Shown piece after piece: positions 37,095 to 48,077 of a DNA stretch of 64,000 nucleotides. The stretch is taken from positions 20,591 through 84,590 of the forward strand of contig NZ_JBATHS010000028.1 in the NCBI RefSeq assembly GCF_049667165.1. The letters run 5' to 3'. The notes under the pieces are model-generated. The model made no database searches. It was not told the origin of the DNA and saw only the letters and a program-made list of their open reading frames with translations. Within the stretch, counting starts at the first letter, position 1. Each line of letters begins with the position of its first letter. This DNA comes from Maribacter sp. Lineage in GTDB: Bacteria > Bacteroidota > Bacteroidia > Flavobacteriales > Flavobacteriaceae. Position numbers and translations under genes: made by a program.

Positions 37095-38780
37095 CTAATC
37101 ATTCCAATGTTCATCGATTACTTTTTGAATATGGGGGTATTTGGCATCGGTCTCGTTCAAATTCTCCCGCATTTGTTCCATTTGGGTTTTTAAATCAGCG
37201 ATGACCGAAGCATAGGCAGGGTCTTTATAGACATTGTTCATTTCTTTTGGGTCTTTGCTTAAATCATAGAATTCCCATGCGGGGGGCGTATGCGTGATAA
37301 AATCATTGCCCCAACTCTCCTTATTCCATGTGGCATTAGGGTCATCGGTATCTACCCAATATTTTCCGTAGAAGAAGATTAGTTTATAGTCTTTGGTGCG
37401 AATGCCAAAGTGGGCCGGATTTTGGTGTTTATGTGCCAAATGCATCCAATACCGATAATAGGTTGCCTGTTGCCAATTTTCAGGTTCTTCGCCAGTTTCC
37501 AAAATGGTCTTAAAGCTTTTTCCCTGCATGTAATCCGGTGCTTTACCTCCAGCCAATTCTATCAACGTAGGGGCAAAATCGGTATTATTGATTATGGCAT
37601 CGGTTCTTGTACCAGGTTTGATATTTTCAGGATATCTGACAAAGAAAGGCATCCGCATGGACTCATCGTACATCCATCGTTTATCAATATAATCATGTTC
37701 CCCCAACATAAAACCTTGATCCCCGGTATAGACAATGATGGTATTTTCCATTAATCCCTCTTCTTCTAAATAATCCAACAGGCGTTTTACATTGTCATCG
37801 ACTCCTTTTACGCAACGCAGGTATTTTTTCAAATAATCCTGATACACCTTACTTGTGTATTCCCGCTCAGCTGGGTTCATTTCCCATTTCACATATTCTT
37901 CAGGTCTAATATCCTTGGCTTCCCGGTATTTTTTATAAATCGTGGTGTCATTCCAATAGATATTCATGGCTTGGTTACGAATTAAATTTCGACGTGAAAC
38001 TGATGAACCAATAATCCGGGTTAATGAATCGTTTTTTCCTCTTGTCCCAATTGAACCATTATTAGCATTATCATATAAACTTTCCGGTTCTGGAATAAAT
38101 GTATCTGCCAAATAACTGTCATATCTTGGGGCATTTTCGAAATCATCATGGGGTGCCTTAAAGTGATGCATCAAAAAGAAAGGTTTATTCGGGTCTCTTT
38201 TGTTCTTCAGATAATCCAAGGTGATGTCCGTAATCATGTCTGATGAATGTCCTTTGGTCTGGACCAAATTTTCGGGCCAGGGCTTATCACCACGAACCCT
38301 AAAATCAGGATCGAAATATTTCCCTTGAACCGGAAGTACTTTATAATAATCAAAGGCAGCAGGTTCATCATGCAAATGCCATTTACCGACTATGGCAGTC
38401 TGGTAGCCCAGTTTTTTCATTTCAAGTGGCAAGTATTGATTTTCAGGGGCGAGAGAACCTTCCAAATCTATGACCCCATTTGTTTGCGCTCGTTGACCTG
38501 TTAATATTGCAGCCCTACTTGGCACGCAAATGGAATTATTGACAAAACAATTCTGAAAAATGATTCCCTCATTGGCAAGTTTGTCCAGCGTTGGGGTAGG
38601 GTCGAGGCTTGCCAAACGGCTGCCATAAATACCAAAGCCTTGGGTCGTATGGTCATCCGCCATGATATAGATGATATTTGGTTTTTGAACCACGGTGGCA
38701 CTTTTTTCATTGCAGGAAAATAGGGGTCCTGTTAGTATCAAAACAAGCAGCATTCTTTTTATATACATCATCATATTCAT
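37095..38780 (-). CDS. S1 sulfatase, lipoprotein
   Basis: About 561 aa from the Met at 38780 (the alternative at 38798 would overlap the upstream gene). It has a lipobox (PLFSC), the metal site YIMADDHT and the FGly motif CVPSRAAILTGQ. Confidence 0.9.
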   Translation of the reverse strand: MNMMMYIKRMLLVLILTGPLFSCNEKSATVVQKPNIIYIMADDHTTQGFGIYGSRLASLDPTPTLDKLANEGIIFQNCFVNNSICVPSRAAILTGQRAQTNGVIDLEGSLAPENQYLPLEMKKLGYQTAIVGKWHLHDEPAAFDYYKVLPVQGKYFDPDFRVRGDKPWPENLVQTKGHSSDMITDITLDYLKNKRDPNKPFFLMHHFKAPHDDFENAPRYDSYLADTFIPEPESLYDNANNGSIGTRGKNDSLTRIIGSSVSRRNLIRNQAMNIYWNDTTIYKKYREAKDIRPEEYVKWEMNPAEREYTSKVYQDYLKKYLRCVKGVDDNVKRLLDYLEEEGLMENTIIVYTGDQGFMLGEHDYIDKRWMYDESMRMPFFVRYPENIKPGTRTDAIINNTDFAPTLIELAGGKAPDYMQGKSFKTILETGEEPENWQQATYYRYWMHLAHKHQNPAHFGIRTKDYKLIFFYGKYWVDTDDPNATWNKESWGNDFITHTPPAWEFYDLSKDPKEMNNVYKDPAYASVIADLKTQMEQMRENLNETDAKYPHIQKVIDEHWND

Positions 38781-38784
38781 TATT

Positions 38785-40299
38785 TTATGGAGTGGCATTT
38801 AATTGGGGTTTGATCTGACTTATATCCAAAGGATCATTTAATTCCTTTTGCAACTGGATCAATTCGATGAACATGGCATTAATTCTGTCTTTGTATTCCG
38901 GTTTTTTCGCTAGATCATCCATTTCTTCTGGGTCGTTGGTCAAATCGAAGAGCAATATCTTATTCAGTTTAGGGTAGATCAATAACTTAAATCCGTCCTT
39001 TCTTATCATTCGCTGTGTACTCACGTAACCCCCATAGATGGCATCGTAATGACTGGTGCTTCGTTCGCCATTGAGAATATCCAAGAAACTGTTGAAATAA
39101 ACATAATCCGGCTTTTCAATCCCCGCTAGTTCTAGACTAGTGGCCATAGCATCCTGTAAATAAATATCCGTATCGATTTTTTTGCCCTTCTCAATTTTAG
39201 GCCCGACAATCGTGAATGGTGGGCGGATACTATGGTCAAACAGGGATTGCTTTCCCAACAGCCCATGGCGCCCCATGGCCAAACCATGGTCCGCGGTGAA
39301 AATGATATAGGTATTATCCATTTTGCCGCTAGCTTCCAATTCATTCAGAATTGCCCCAATTTGATCATCAAGATGGGTGATCAATGCATAATATTCCTGA
39401 ATATGTTTCTTTGTGGCATATTCCGTTCTAGGGAATGGTGCCAAAGCCTCATCCCTTAAGTCAGGTCCATTACCTATACTATCCTTAAACGGGTACATGG
39501 GCATCCAACTTTTGGGCAAACTGATATTTTCCAACGGATATTTATCCAGGTATTCTTGAGGTGCTTGTCTTGGGTCATGGGGGGCATTGAAGGCCAGGTA
39601 CATAAAGAAAGGGGTATCCTTGGTTTTGGCTTTAGTGATGAAATCGATTGCATCGTCTTTAAGGACTTCGCTCCAATGTTTGCCTCCTTCCCAATAACCT
39701 CCGAACTTCTTATCCGTTGGGGTCCACGATGTATCATTCTCATTTAATGGACGATTATACCCTACCGCTTTTATATCTGATTCTGATTTGCCATTTTTTA
39801 GCATTTCATTTATCATTGGAATTGATCCACCGTGGCTCCATGAATCTCTTGGCATGCCTGGCCTCACATGGGTAACATGCTGAAAAACGGAATCTGCCGG
39901 GGCATCTACATGCCATTTACCGGTCATGTAGGTTTCATAACCTGCCCCCTCCATTAATTTTCCCCAAGTTTTGTCCATTTCTTGCCCTCCTATCCAATTT
40001 TGTCTGAATTGGTCAGTCTCCCAAACACTGCGTCCTGAAATGAGCATGGCCCTTGATGCTTGGCATACGGCACCGTTCCATGCACCCATATTATAAGCAT
40101 GGGTGAATGTTGTTCCAGTAGCGACCAAGCGATCGATATTTGGAGTCTGGATCTCTGTATTGCCCACTGCATTAACAGCTGTATAGGTCATATCATCCGC
40201 AAAAATGAAAACAACATTAGGTTTAGCCGTTTCTGATGCCTCTTCTGTTTTGCAATTCAACACCAATGCGATAATGACTAGGGCAAATAGTTTTTTCAT
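38785..40299 (-). CDS. S1 sulfatase, lipoprotein
   Basis: 504 aa with a lipobox (LVLNC), the metal site FIFADDMT and the FGly motif CQASRAMLISGR (Ala variant). Confidence 0.9.
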   Translation of the reverse strand: MKKLFALVIIALVLNCKTEEASETAKPNVVFIFADDMTYTAVNAVGNTEIQTPNIDRLVATGTTFTHAYNMGAWNGAVCQASRAMLISGRSVWETDQFRQNWIGGQEMDKTWGKLMEGAGYETYMTGKWHVDAPADSVFQHVTHVRPGMPRDSWSHGGSIPMINEMLKNGKSESDIKAVGYNRPLNENDTSWTPTDKKFGGYWEGGKHWSEVLKDDAIDFITKAKTKDTPFFMYLAFNAPHDPRQAPQEYLDKYPLENISLPKSWMPMYPFKDSIGNGPDLRDEALAPFPRTEYATKKHIQEYYALITHLDDQIGAILNELEASGKMDNTYIIFTADHGLAMGRHGLLGKQSLFDHSIRPPFTIVGPKIEKGKKIDTDIYLQDAMATSLELAGIEKPDYVYFNSFLDILNGERSTSHYDAIYGGYVSTQRMIRKDGFKLLIYPKLNKILLFDLTNDPEEMDDLAKKPEYKDRINAMFIELIQLQKELNDPLDISQIKPQLNATP

Positions 40300-40303
40300 A
40301 GGA

Positions 40304-42112
40304 CTATAATTTTTCTATTTGAATGTAATAAGCGGGAATTTCAATGTTCTCGGCCGTAAGAAAAGAGCATTTGAGGGTATGACTCCCTGGTTTTAATTTG
40401 GTTTTAAGTTCGATGTAAGGTTGGTCTGTGTCGGTTTCGGCGAAAATGGTATTGCCACCAATTTCAACCTTCCCCGTTTTTATAGGGATCGGTTGTCCTT
40501 TTGGAAGTGCATCACGAAAAGCCGTTCCCGGAATTTCTTCGGTAGTGGCTTTTAATGTTAACCCAGATTCAGGAGGATAGCGATACAATTTAAAACGATA
40601 CTCCCCTTCATCCTGCACTTTTACGCTATAATAGCCAGCGGGGAATAGCTTACCCTCACGGATCTGTACCTGGTTCCATGGAATCCCTTCCGTGGTATGC
40701 ATATCATGGACGCTTATAGTTACAGGATTGGCGATTTTATTGCCAAGTGGAATTTCCGCATACTTTATATCAGGTTCCACGCTTGCCCACCAATTATCGT
40801 AAAACAGATTCATTTCAGAAACAAGGTCAGGATGTTTATCGGCAAGGTCATTGGCTTGGCCCAGGTCATCGGCCAAATTATAGAGTTCCTTGCCATCGAT
40901 CAATCGCCATTCCGAGGACATGACACAACTATTTTTACCTTTTTCAGGCCATTGGTTCCTTTGGGTATCGACCACCAACATACGGTCAATATCCTGTGCT
41001 TCTCCCCGCATTATATTGGCAATGCTTGTGCCATCCAATATTTTTTTGGATTCGAAAGTCAGGCCTGCCAATTCGGCCAATGTTGGGAGGATGTCAACAT
41101 GGGCGGTCAGTGCGTTACGTTTTGTTTTTTGTAAGATTTCACCATTTGGCCAGCTGATAAAGAAAGGTACACGATGGCCCCCATCATAATGACTTCCTTT
41201 TGTTCCCCGTAACCCGGCATTATACCCTAAAATGGGTTGTTCTTTATTTCCTTTTGCAATACCGGCGGCAGTACCATTATCTGTCGTGAAAATCAATATG
41301 GTATTGTCATATTGCCCTGTTTTTTTTAGATGTGAAATCAATTTACCCAAATTGTCATCGATATTGGAAATCATCCCATAGAATCTTTTCTGTTGTTCAG
41401 ATAGCGGAGCGGATTCATATAACTTGGCATAGGATTCCGGTACGTTGAACGGGCCATGGGCGGCATTCAAGGCTAAATACATAAAGAAAGGTTCGTCACT
41501 AGGGGTATTTAGGTATTCAATGGCTTCGTTGAACCAAACATCCGTACAATACCCACTTGATTTTTCGGGTATACCATTTCTAAGGTAGGTGTCATCAAAA
41601 TAGTCATTGTTCCAGAAATCCGGGGTCTGGTTTACACCGCCACCACCAAGGTAGAAGGCATGTTGAAATCCTCTGTCATTAGGTCTAAATGGGTAGTTGT
41701 CCCCCAAATGCCATTTGCCGAACATGGTGGTACGGTATCCATTTTTTTCAAAAACCTGAGGTAGGGTTTCCTCATCTTCCAAAAGGATGGAACATCCCGC
41801 AATTGTGTGCCACGCATTGTTTCGATCGGCATTTCTACCTGTTAACAATCCGGCACGAGTAGGGGCGCAGGTGGTCCCCACATGAAAGTTTGTAAGTTCT
41901 AGTGATGCCGATGCGAATGCATCTAACTGGGGGGTTTTTAGTATCGGATTGCCATGATACGCCAAATCACCATATCCTTGATCATCGGTTAAAATGATGA
42001 TGACATTGGGTTTTGCCATTTCTTCCATGTTTACCATATCAGCCTCCTTGCAATTAAGAAGTAGGATTACCGATAAAATAGCGAACATAAGATGACGTAA
42101 CAGGACCTTCAT
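40304..42112 (-). CDS. S1 sulfatase with a C-terminal beta-sandwich extension, lipoprotein
   Basis: 602 aa with a lipobox (LLLNC), the metal site IILTDDQGYGD and the FGly motif CAPTRAGLLTGR. Confidence 0.9.
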   Translation of the reverse strand: MKVLLRHLMFAILSVILLLNCKEADMVNMEEMAKPNVIIILTDDQGYGDLAYHGNPILKTPQLDAFASASLELTNFHVGTTCAPTRAGLLTGRNADRNNAWHTIAGCSILLEDEETLPQVFEKNGYRTTMFGKWHLGDNYPFRPNDRGFQHAFYLGGGGVNQTPDFWNNDYFDDTYLRNGIPEKSSGYCTDVWFNEAIEYLNTPSDEPFFMYLALNAAHGPFNVPESYAKLYESAPLSEQQKRFYGMISNIDDNLGKLISHLKKTGQYDNTILIFTTDNGTAAGIAKGNKEQPILGYNAGLRGTKGSHYDGGHRVPFFISWPNGEILQKTKRNALTAHVDILPTLAELAGLTFESKKILDGTSIANIMRGEAQDIDRMLVVDTQRNQWPEKGKNSCVMSSEWRLIDGKELYNLADDLGQANDLADKHPDLVSEMNLFYDNWWASVEPDIKYAEIPLGNKIANPVTISVHDMHTTEGIPWNQVQIREGKLFPAGYYSVKVQDEGEYRFKLYRYPPESGLTLKATTEEIPGTAFRDALPKGQPIPIKTGKVEIGGNTIFAETDTDQPYIELKTKLKPGSHTLKCSFLTAENIEIPAYYIQIEKL

Positions 42113-42119
42113 TTTTCTA

Positions 42120-45100
42120 CTAGTTAGAATCTGACGGCATATTTACCGTTTTTCTATGTTTTACATATTCACTCGGGATGACCCCAAATTGTTTTTTAAA
42201 GCATTTTGAGAAATAGGAAGCGGTGTTGAAACCCGTCATGTACATTATTTCCTTTACTGACAAATCACTGGTTTCGAACAGCTGTACTGCCCTTTTGAGT
42301 CGGACATTTCTGATGAATCCACTTGAGGACAATCCTGTAAGCTCTTTGAATTTGAGATAGAGGTTACTGCGGCTAAGCCCCATTTCCTTAACCATCATTT
42401 CAACATTAAAATCAGTGTTCATCATGTGCTTTTCAACAATTTCCATGGCATTGTTTAGAAACTTTTCATCGCTTGATGTTACCGTGATTTCGCTTGGATT
42501 GATGACTATATTTCTATTGAATCGTTTTCTTAAGGTGGCCCTTTGCGAAATGATATTGGTCAATTTCAGTTTTAGCACCTCCATATTGAACGGTTTTGTC
42601 AGGTAATCGTCAGCTCCCAATTTTAAACCTTCCTTTTCGCTCTCCTCAGATGATTTGGCGGTCAATAATAGCACTGGTATATGACTTGTTTCTTTTTGGG
42701 ATTTTAATGCCTTGCAGAATTCCATTCCATCCATAACGGGCATAAGAACATCACAAAGGACGATATTAGGGATAATCCTGTTTGCGATCTTTAACCCTTG
42801 ACTGCCGTTTTCGGCTTCATAAATTGTAAATTCATCATGCAGGGAACGTTTAATAAATGTCCTGATATCCTTATTATCATCAATAATCAATAAAACAGGA
42901 TGTTTGGACCTTGAATTGGAGAGGTTCTCATCCTCAATCTCATCATTGATACCAATGGCAAACGATTCTGTCTCTGTGGAGCGGACCAAGAAATCACTAT
43001 CGGTTATTTCTTTAATGGTAATTCCCTTCACTTTGACATAGGCTTCTTTTTGGGTAGGAAGGCTTACCACGAACTCCGTGCCTTGCCCTGGTGAACTTGT
43101 TAGGTCTATAGTGCCTTGATGAAGTTCAACCAGACTTTTGGTAAACGAAAGCCCAATGCCTATACCCTCAGGATTCATATGCACTTCATTGCCGGCAGCA
43201 TAGAACCTTTTGAAGATCTCGTTTATTCTTTCCTCAGGAATCCCGGTACCGGAATCCTTCACTTTTATCGACACTGTTTCCTGGGTATTTTGTATCCCTT
43301 TTGAAACCTCAATGGTTATCTTTCCGTTTTCGGGGGTGAATTTAAAGGCATTGGAAAGCAGGTTGTTCATTATTTTTTCCAAGGCTTCATGATCGAAATA
43401 GGAAACAAGGGTAGCTTCATTGGCTATAATATTCAGCGCTATATTTCTTCTAAGCGCCATAAACTGGAAAGGTTCTGTTACTTCTTTGATAAAGGACACA
43501 ATATCGGTGTTGCGCACTACAAGGTGCATTTTGCCCTGGTTGATCTTTCTGAAATCCAAAAGTTGGTTAACAAGCCTAAGCAAATAGTCTGTATTCTTTT
43601 TCATTATGGTATACTGCTCTTGGACCACACTGGTGTCCAATACGCCATTTTTTTCCTGTAAATACTCCAAGGGACCTTTGATAAGCGTCAAAGGTGTTCT
43701 GAATTCATGGGATATATTGGTAAAGAATTCCAGTTTTACCCGTTGCATTTCTTCGGATTTCTTTTTTTCAATGGACTCCAGTTCCAATTGATGCTTTTTG
43801 GTAGTGCGTATGAATGTGTACCGCCAAAAGAGCCATAATAGGCCTAGCGCCAACAATCCATAAAAACCATAGGCCACGTCAGTACGCCATAATGGAGGTA
43901 TGACCCTTATTTTGATTTGGGCGGGAGTAGGGTCCCAAAGGCCATCATTGTTTGAAGCTTTTACCTTAAGGGTGTAAAGGCCAGGTCCTAAATTCGTATA
44001 GGTGGCAAAACGTTTTGAAGACGTCGTTTGGATCCATTCCTTATCAAAACCATTTAGCATATATGCAAAATGGTTGTTTGTAGGTGAGGCAAAATGTAGG
44101 GCCGCAAATTCGAATGAAAAGCTGTTTTCGCTGTACTTTAAGTCTAATTTATCGGTTTCTCCAATTTCCTGTTTCAAGAGGACACGTCCATTTATTTCTT
44201 CTCCTTTTCGAATAGGTTCGTTAGAAATAAGAAAATCGGTGATTACCGTTTCCGGTGTAAAAGAATTCTCTACAATATCCCTTGGATAGAAGGCATTAAA
44301 ACCATTTACACCCCCAAAAAGCATTTCCCCGTCCTTTCTTTTTAGGCAAGCCAATTCTTGGAATTCATTGCTCTGGAGCCCATCATTAAAATTGAAATTC
44401 TTGAATATTTCCCCTTGTGGATTAAATTTCGAAAGGCCTTGATTTGTAGAAATCCATAAATCACCATGCTCATCTTCCAAAATTCCTTTTATGACATCAT
44501 TGGGTAAGCCTTCCGCTTCGGAGTAGGAAATGAATCCGTCATTTTTACCATCTTTTGAGGGAACGAGTTTATTTAATCCACCACCAAAAGTACCAATCCA
44601 TAAATCACCTTTTTGGCTTTCATAAATTGAAAGGATATAATCATGGCTAATACTGGAATCATTTACTGGATCATTTCTGAAAACTTCGAACCTCGGATGA
44701 TTTTTGAACTTTTCTTCCTTGGTCAACATGCTTAACCCATTGGCTGTCGCAAACCAAATATTACCTTCTTTGTCTTCAATAATGCTCCTTATGATACTGC
44801 CTGAAATTGAATTGGATTCTGATGGGTTGTGAACAAGATTATCTTTCAGATAGCCACCATCCCAATCATTTTCTTTCATCCAACGGTGCACTCCACCACC
44901 ATAAGTGCCGATCCATAGGTTTTGGTGAGAATCCGCATAAAGGGCAAAAACACTTTTGTCTATACCTTCAACGATTTTTATTTTATCGGGACCAATTTGA
45001 TTTGGATGGGTTATGTCCAGTTCATATAATCCAGTTTCCCCTTCCGCCCCTATGAACAATTTCTTTTTGTTGCCTTCATTTATTTCTGTGATGGCGAATG

Positions 45101-46370
45101 GCTTGGTTATACCATTGAATATTTCAAAATTATCATATGTACCATTGTCATGTTCTTTTCTTAACATATTCAATCCACCCCCTTCGGTACCTATCCATAA
45201 ATAACCATTGCTGTCCTCATAAATAGCCCTAATCTTATCATAGCTTAAACTATTGGGGTTCGGGTTTTTTCTGAAATGTCTGAATTGCTTTCGGTTTGGA
45301 TCAAACTTGTTAATGCCACCACCATTGGTGCCAATCCAAATAATTCCGGTTCTATCAATAAATATCGATTTAACTATGTTTTTGCTCAGGCTATATTCAC
45401 TTTGAATATTGTAGTTGTATTGACCTGATAATTGGGGTATGCCTTCTTCGTCATGTTCACCGAAATAATAGAGCCCGTCATTCGCTCCTGCCCAGATATG
45501 GTTATTGTTATCTACTTGAATGGCATTAAAGTGCCCATCACTTATCTTATGCGCTACAATTTCCTGATTATTGTTTTTTTGATAATACAGTCCTTTTTCC
45601 GTACCAATGACCAATTTCCCGGTTTTATCCTCCGCAATACTGCGTACGTTTAAATTGGGAAGCCCCAATAATTTATTGACCAATTGAAAGTATAATTTCC
45701 CGTTTTGATCACGGGCCAATTTATAAAGGCCACCATGGCTGCCAACCCATATTTGATTGTTGCTATCCTCAAAGATATCGAATATCGAGTTTCCGTCCCA
45801 CCCGATCATAAAAGGGTCTTTTTCAGGATTAAAACGTTGAAATCGTATTGAGTCTTGGGTGATTTCAAGATCCAACATATTCAAACCATTGTTCGTGCCA
45901 ACCCACAATCGGTTTTTACTGTCGAGAAAAACCTTTGTCACGTGGTCATTGCTTAGACTTGAATCATTTTCCTTATTATTTTTATATTGTACGAACGATC
46001 CCGTTCTGTGATCAAAGTAGTTCAATCCGTTACCCGTAGTACCCACCCACAGATTGTTTTCATTATCCCCGGTAATATTGAAAATGAGGTTACTGCTGAT
46101 GCTTCCCTTTTTCTTGGAATCCGGCTTGTATACGGTAAATCGGTACCCATCATATTTGTTCAGTCCATCATGGGTCCCAAACCACATAAAACCAAGCTTA
46201 TCTTGATAAATTGTGTTGATGTCGCTTTGGGAGAGGCCATCATCCGTAGTAATATGGCTAAAGTGAATTGATTCTTGGGAAAATACAGTAGGGCTGATTG
46301 TCAAGGCAGCAATCACAAAGAATGAAGCTAATCCACTATGTAATAAATAATGTTTCATCATGTGATCCAT
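42120..46370 (-). CDS. Hybrid two-component system sensor kinase/response regulator with AraC-type output (HTCS)
   Basis: 1416 aa. The N-terminal part has periplasmic beta-propeller repeats (repeated WIGT/WVGT...GL motifs) and a Y_Y_Y-like region. These are followed by a TM segment, an H-box (FTNISHEFRTPLT), an HATPase domain, a receiver (LLIIDDN...CDVLMPVMDG) and a C-terminal AraC HTH. Confidence 0.92.
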   Translation of the reverse strand: MDHMMKHYLLHSGLASFFVIAALTISPTVFSQESIHFSHITTDDGLSQSDINTIYQDKLGFMWFGTHDGLNKYDGYRFTVYKPDSKKKGSISSNLIFNITGDNENNLWVGTTGNGLNYFDHRTGSFVQYKNNKENDSSLSNDHVTKVFLDSKNRLWVGTNNGLNMLDLEITQDSIRFQRFNPEKDPFMIGWDGNSIFDIFEDSNNQIWVGSHGGLYKLARDQNGKLYFQLVNKLLGLPNLNVRSIAEDKTGKLVIGTEKGLYYQKNNNQEIVAHKISDGHFNAIQVDNNNHIWAGANDGLYYFGEHDEEGIPQLSGQYNYNIQSEYSLSKNIVKSIFIDRTGIIWIGTNGGGINKFDPNRKQFRHFRKNPNPNSLSYDKIRAIYEDSNGYLWIGTEGGGLNMLRKEHDNGTYDNFEIFNGITKPFAITEINEGNKKKLFIGAEGETGLYELDITHPNQIGPDKIKIVEGIDKSVFALYADSHQNLWIGTYGGGVHRWMKENDWDGGYLKDNLVHNPSESNSISGSIIRSIIEDKEGNIWFATANGLSMLTKEEKFKNHPRFEVFRNDPVNDSSISHDYILSIYESQKGDLWIGTFGGGLNKLVPSKDGKNDGFISYSEAEGLPNDVIKGILEDEHGDLWISTNQGLSKFNPQGEIFKNFNFNDGLQSNEFQELACLKRKDGEMLFGGVNGFNAFYPRDIVENSFTPETVITDFLISNEPIRKGEEINGRVLLKQEIGETDKLDLKYSENSFSFEFAALHFASPTNNHFAYMLNGFDKEWIQTTSSKRFATYTNLGPGLYTLKVKASNNDGLWDPTPAQIKIRVIPPLWRTDVAYGFYGLLALGLLWLFWRYTFIRTTKKHQLELESIEKKKSEEMQRVKLEFFTNISHEFRTPLTLIKGPLEYLQEKNGVLDTSVVQEQYTIMKKNTDYLLRLVNQLLDFRKINQGKMHLVVRNTDIVSFIKEVTEPFQFMALRRNIALNIIANEATLVSYFDHEALEKIMNNLLSNAFKFTPENGKITIEVSKGIQNTQETVSIKVKDSGTGIPEERINEIFKRFYAAGNEVHMNPEGIGIGLSFTKSLVELHQGTIDLTSSPGQGTEFVVSLPTQKEAYVKVKGITIKEITDSDFLVRSTETESFAIGINDEIEDENLSNSRSKHPVLLIIDDNKDIRTFIKRSLHDEFTIYEAENGSQGLKIANRIIPNIVLCDVLMPVMDGMEFCKALKSQKETSHIPVLLLTAKSSEESEKEGLKLGADDYLTKPFNMEVLKLKLTNIISQRATLRKRFNRNIVINPSEITVTSSDEKFLNNAMEIVEKHMMNTDFNVEMMVKEMGLSRSNLYLKFKELTGLSSSGFIRNVRLKRAVQLFETSDLSVKEIMYMTGFNTASYFSKCFKKQFGVIPSEYVKHRKTVNMPSDSN

Positions 46371-46462
46371 ACGTCATTTAAAGATACCATTTTTTATACT
46401 TATCAAGTACCCCTAAAAATCCAAGTGAAATGGTCCATTTTTGCTGTTCAAAGTGCATCTTA

Positions 46463-46470
46463 CAAAAATA
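46463..46470 (-). promoter_or_regulatory. Candidate -7 promoter box for the HTCS gene
   Basis: The plus strand reads CAAAAATA, so the minus strand reads TATTTTTG, a perfect TAnnTTTG match 93-100 nt upstream of the HTCS ATG. No clear -33 TTG was found. This is a motif match only. Confidence 0.25.
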
Positions 46471-46544
46471 CCCAACATTGGTGCATAACTGGGTAGATAT
46501 GGTTTTGACCGTATAACATATGATTCTTTTTAGATCAAGTTGTT

Positions 46545-47618
46545 TTGTTTACTATGCACGTGATTTTATGTTTTTGTATCTTCGGATCAAAGCCATCTCA
46601 TGTGATTCTTGACCGTAGTTATTTTCCTAGTTTTAAGCAAGTAGTAATTATTAGATGTATCCCCATTCTTATAATGGCATCTTTTAGTGTGCAATGCTCC
46701 CAGGAAAAAGAACCGGAATTTCTTCTACATGCCAGCCATTTGGTTAGTGAAAGCCATACTTGGTACCGGGCGTTTGAATATTTTGCGGAAATTTTGGAAG
46801 AGCGTTCCAATGGCAGAATTGTGGTCAAGAATTACCATTCGGAGCAATTGGCCAAGGAAATTGAAGCGATTCGATTGATACAGGCTGGAGTGATCGACAT
46901 GACGACGACCGGGTCCATGCTCAACAACTGGATTGATATAGTCGCCTTTTGTGAACTTCCTTTCCTATTACGGGATTCAATTGACATGAAAAATCTGATC
47001 AATGGCCCAATCGGTAAACGAATGGAACTGGAAATGAAGGAGAAAACAGGGATTCGCCCTATAGGCTACTTTCAAAGAGGCCCCCGACATTTGACCTCAA
47101 ACCGACCCATTAGACATCCTGATGATCTTAACGGGCTTATCGTTCGTGTACCCAATGTACCATCGTTCGTTACGGCATGGCAGGCTTTGGGTGCCAAACC
47201 TACCCCCATGGCATTCTCAGAAGTCTTTACATCGCTGCAACAGGGAGCCATAGAAGCACAGGAAAACCCTTTTGCCATGATAAAGTCCTCTGGGTTCTAT
47301 GAAGTACAGGATTATGTAAACCTAACGGCCCATGTGATTAGTTGGACCTATCCTGTAATAGGGGAAAAACAGTATCAGGCATTTCCCGATGATTTAAAAC
47401 AAATTTTTGATAAGGCCGCCGCGGATATGCACCATTATGAGCATCAGCTATTTTTAGAAAATGAGCGAAAAGTACAAGAAGAATTACAAGCAAAAGGAAT
47501 GGAATTCATTGAAGTAGATAAGGAAGCCTTTGGCGATAAATGCAGAAAGGCCATTTATGAAAGTCTCTCATTGGATATGAGAAAAATTTATAATGAAATA
47601 TTAGCCGCTAGGGAATGA
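46545..47618 (+). CDS. TRAP transporter solute-binding subunit (DctP family)
   Basis: It has DctP-like motifs (EAIRLIQAGVIDMTTTG, RHPDDLNGLIVRVPN). The start is ambiguous: TTG 46545, ATG 46554, GTG 46602 or ATG 46674. A lipobox-like SVQC suggests a lipoprotein. Confidence 0.75.
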   Translation: MFTMHVILCFCIFGSKPSHVILDRSYFPSFKQVVIIRCIPILIMASFSVQCSQEKEPEFLLHASHLVSESHTWYRAFEYFAEILEERSNGRIVVKNYHSEQLAKEIEAIRLIQAGVIDMTTTGSMLNNWIDIVAFCELPFLLRDSIDMKNLINGPIGKRMELEMKEKTGIRPIGYFQRGPRHLTSNRPIRHPDDLNGLIVRVPNVPSFVTAWQALGAKPTPMAFSEVFTSLQQGAIEAQENPFAMIKSSGFYEVQDYVNLTAHVISWTYPVIGEKQYQAFPDDLKQIFDKAAADMHHYEHQLFLENERKVQEELQAKGMEFIEVDKEAFGDKCRKAIYESLSLDMRKIYNEILAARE

Positions 47619-48076
47619 AGCAAATTGTAAAAAGGATATCCCGGTTTCTTAAGTATGGCACCCTAGTGAGCAGCTTGGGATTCATTGGTGCTACCCTCAT
47701 TCAGATTTATGCACGTTTTTTTATGGATAGTGCCCCGTCATGGACGGAAGAGGCGGCACGCTTTTTTTTCATATATGCCATGTGTTTTGCTGCAGGCCTT
47801 GCCATGAGGGACGGCAGTTATGTACACTTTGATGTTCTTTATAACAAGATGAACAAGGGGCAACAACGAATCTTGGACATCATAATTTCAGTGTTCACAT
47901 TCCTACTTTTTTTAGTGCTCACTATTTATGCTTTCCAATTTGTAAACGTAGGGCTTCCTGAACATTCCCCAAGTCTCGATGTGCCCATGGCCATTGCTTT
48001 TGGGAGTATGGCGATCATGGGGTTATTTGTTTCTTTTTTTGCTTTTGTCGATATCCTTACTAAAATGAAAAGATAA
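47615..48076 (+). CDS. TRAP transporter small permease subunit (DctQ family)
   Basis: 153 aa with about 4 TM helices. It overlaps the SBP gene by 4 bp and ends 1 nt before dctM. Confidence 0.75.
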   Translation: MKQIVKRISRFLKYGTLVSSLGFIGATLIQIYARFFMDSAPSWTEEAARFFFIYAMCFAAGLAMRDGSYVHFDVLYNKMNKGQQRILDIIISVFTFLLFLVLTIYAFQFVNVGLPEHSPSLDVPMAIAFGSMAIMGLFVSFFAFVDILTKMKR

Positions 48077-48077
48077 T